64,000 nucleotides of DNA from Bugula neritina (Eukaryota; Animalia; Bryozoa). Where the stretch lies: NCBI GenBank assembly GCA_964035545.1, contig OZ037766.1, positions 10,344,722 through 10,408,721 on the forward strand, given 5' to 3'. Below the pieces are notes generated by a model. The model had not been told where the DNA came from and did no database searches. It worked only from the letters and a program-made list of their open reading frames with translations. This document shows, piece after piece, positions 61,444-64,000 of this stretch (positions are counted from its first letter, which is position 1; every line of letters begins with the position of its first letter). Both the position numbers and the translations under genes were made by a program.

Positions 61444-63130
61444 ATGCAAACACTAATATTTGACCTACATTATTTGAATTCCAGCTGTTTTTTATTTTGC
61501 CTAATATTTTGCAGGTAATATAATCGAATTTTTCACTTTTATTTTTTGGAAGTAAATTTATTTACATCCCATCAGTTTATATGCATGATTGACTTTTTGA
61601 TACAATAAAGATTCATGATCTTGTAAGTTGAAGGGAGAAATTATATAAATTTGGGACAGTGACATTACATATAGCAACAGAAACACTGCGGCTTATCGCA
61701 ATATAGCCCTATATGGTTTTGGTTAAGATAAAGTTAGTGCCGCAAAGCTTCAAGTCAACGGGCTTTATTTAAGTATTTTAGTAAAAATCAAATTCTGGTT
61801 TGATACGATACCATGATGTCTTTGGCTGTTTTTCTCACCTGGAAGGCTGTAGCCGTGCTATATCTGATATCTTCAGTTATAACAGTATGTGAATGGTGGC
61901 ACATGTACTGCTTGTACTCATATCTTACATTTCATGAAATTCTACCCAGTGCAAGCTTAAATACCATCACAGTATTTTTGAAACCATTAACATCATAGTC
62001 TGAATCTATACAGGTAGCTATAACTTGACTGAAAAATGTAAGCTTAAGGTGTATTCATAGATGATCAGCTTGCATTCTTAGGCAGCTTAGAAATATTCAA
62101 CACATTGTATTGCAACCATATGTTATATGTACCTATCTCCAAAGGAAATCTTTTCAGTAAAGTTGTATCATTTAAAATTTAAATGCTGTATGCCGACACA
62201 AAACACCATGAGCTGATGTAGAAGCTGTAAGTGTAACTAACTTTTCTAGCTATACATTTTTGTTTGGGGTATATAACCAGTTGTGCATGCCAATTTCAAA
62301 AACTACAAGGGAGTGTAAAGCATCAATCAGCAGCTTTTTAATGTCTCCTAACCTGCACAAAATTATACACATTATACAATTATACACAACATAACTTTTA
62401 TATATAATATAATACATGCACTTTAAATACATATTTTATTATATTGGGTTCTTTTACACTATATATAATAAAGATAAAAAATTGCACAAACTGTTGGGCC
62501 AATACAATATCTGGCTATATATGCTTTTATGATGCAATGCTTTCTCTTTGCTTTATAGCCATTTCTGCTATGTCGAACACATAGCTATAATGTACAACAT
62601 ACTAATATGCAAGGCAATAATTGATTTATTATTTTTAGCTCTTTCAATATTCGAATAAAAGATACAAAAACACAACATTTGTAATGGTCAGTCACTAGAG
62701 GCAGCTGAAAGTCTTATCAGCACACTTGGAGTTGTTCCGGTACTGGAAAGAGGCCTTATAAGTTATAGTGAATTTTAAAGCCATCTGAAGCACACCCATC
62801 ATGCTAATTTCTGTTATTGCAAAGAAAGTTATCCCCATTGAACTATAACCCCTTATGGCTTATAGTTTCAGTTCAGTGGTTATCCCCCCTCACTTTAGAA
62901 GTTAGATAACTCCATAACAAAAATAGCGTAGCTTTTTATTCTCTAGAATAAATTATTTTCTAAAGAGATCCCTGAAAATATAACCTCTGTCCAACCCATA
63001 TTCATTCGGATAGTCTGATAAAAACTACTTTTCTGAGTCGACTATACAAGGACGTCTCACTGATTAATCAAATTTAAAAGTCCCACTTTGTCCCTCCAGT
63101 GTGAGTTGGGAGCAATCTTTTTTCTTCATA

Positions 63131-63377
63131 ATGGAAAATACACAGTTTCGGAGACCCTTTGATCCTGCTGCACTCGACTTAGAATCCTCTTTTAGACTTA
63201 CTAAGTATTCTGACCTCAAAGGGTGTGGTTGTAAAGTACCACAGGCGGCATTAGGCAAATTGCTTGGTGATATATTCACAGAGACAGTATTTGAAAGTCA
63301 GCAAAATCAAGATGCAAATCAAGGTTATCAACTGTTTAATATTGGGCAAGGACAGCCACCTCGGGTGCAAAGAATTG
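63131..63377 (+). CDS. SEPHS: Selenophosphate synthetase (SelD/SPS family), first coding exon; gene continues beyond the window
   Basis: MENTQFRRPFDPAALDLESSFRLTKYSDLKGCGCKVPQAALGKLL...RI-G, with donor G|GTATGT. PFDP..L...FRLT....LKGxGCKVP is the SPS N-terminal signature. SPS1 vs SPS2 cannot be decided from this exon. Confidence 0.93.
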
Positions 63378-63389
63378 GTATGTTAAACC

Positions 63390-64000
63390 TAATCATGAAT
63401 TTCATAATCATAATGATAATCATAATGGTTATGATGATGATAAGCGGAATGAGAATCACTATCAGAATGTAACACTAACAATTACAATAGCTGAGTAACA
63501 CTAAATCAAAATGTAATATAGATTCAAATTTACTACTTCGCAAGTACTATTAGTCTTAGAGTATTACTATTAGTATTAGTATTACTCTAAGTCTAATGAC
63601 TAATATCCAAGTCCAATAACTATACTTATACTTATAGTTATACTTAATCTTATACTTAAACTTATAGTTATACTCAATTATAGAGATACTGATAGTTTTA
63701 TAGCTATTCATATTTTCATGCTCATTGTGATCACTGATTGTCATTGTCATTGTGATACTGATTTGTCATTATGTTTATTATGTAACATTAATATTATGTA
63801 ATACTAATAATAATATTATTATTTATTATTAATAATTATATGGATGTTATATTAATATATATCAATATAATCTAAATAAATAATCATAACCATGATGATA
63901 TAAATGATAAATATAATAATCACTTAATTTAAGCTACACGTGATGTACTTGTCTACTTCTACTAGTAGTAGTACCTGTGTTGTACTACTACTATTACTAT
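63390..64000. repeat. Degenerate period-3/6 tandem repeat tract in the intron after the first SPS coding exon
   Basis: ataatcataatgataatcataatg..., agtattactattagtattagtattact, tatacttatacttatagttatactt. Starts ~15 nt after the donor and runs to the window end. Confidence 0.85.

Noticed and set aside
62825-62990. Clustered GTTATC/GATAAC words upstream of SPS and near other 5' ends
   Set aside because: GAGTTATC also occurs in ordinary introns (~29424, ~47446), so enrichment cannot be shown.

Overview
AT-rich, intron-rich, compact metazoan (invertebrate-like) genomic DNA, not prokaryotic; no CRISPR, rRNA or intact tRNA seen. Spliced genes reconstructed by hand with phase-consistent GT-AG junctions: PIGN (-, 20 coding exons, ~888 aa), a C1orf87-like gene (+, 10 exons, ~494 aa), a large NWD2-like DUF4062-NACHT-WD40 gene (+, 27 exons, ~1919 aa, ending in CaaX 'CLIQ'), FAM219 (-, 5 exons, ending in CaaX 'CVIS'), ING3 (+, 10 exons, ~388 aa) and the first coding exon of a selenophosphate synthetase (+). 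That exon has Cys (TGT) at the position where metazoan SPS2 has Sec (TGA). A candidate orphan ~93-aa tail-anchored protein lies downstream of PIGN. Mobile DNA: four copies of a tRNA-derived SINE (three with clear TSDs), a young 5'-truncated CR1/L2-group LINE in a FAM219 intron, a second LINE 3' fragment, and a MITE with a 4-bp TSD. The most unexplained signal is a family of long, degenerate period-3/6 repeats (ATGAGT/ATCACT/ATCAGT/ATAATC) found only next to predicted gene 5' ends. Other leads are a perfect AG|GTAAGT recursive-type splice site in PIGN, an in-frame duplicated donor and a stop-free intron in NWD2-like, and a possible CaaX-to-PDZ-ligand alternative last exon. All family assignments come from remembered motifs; no database search was run.
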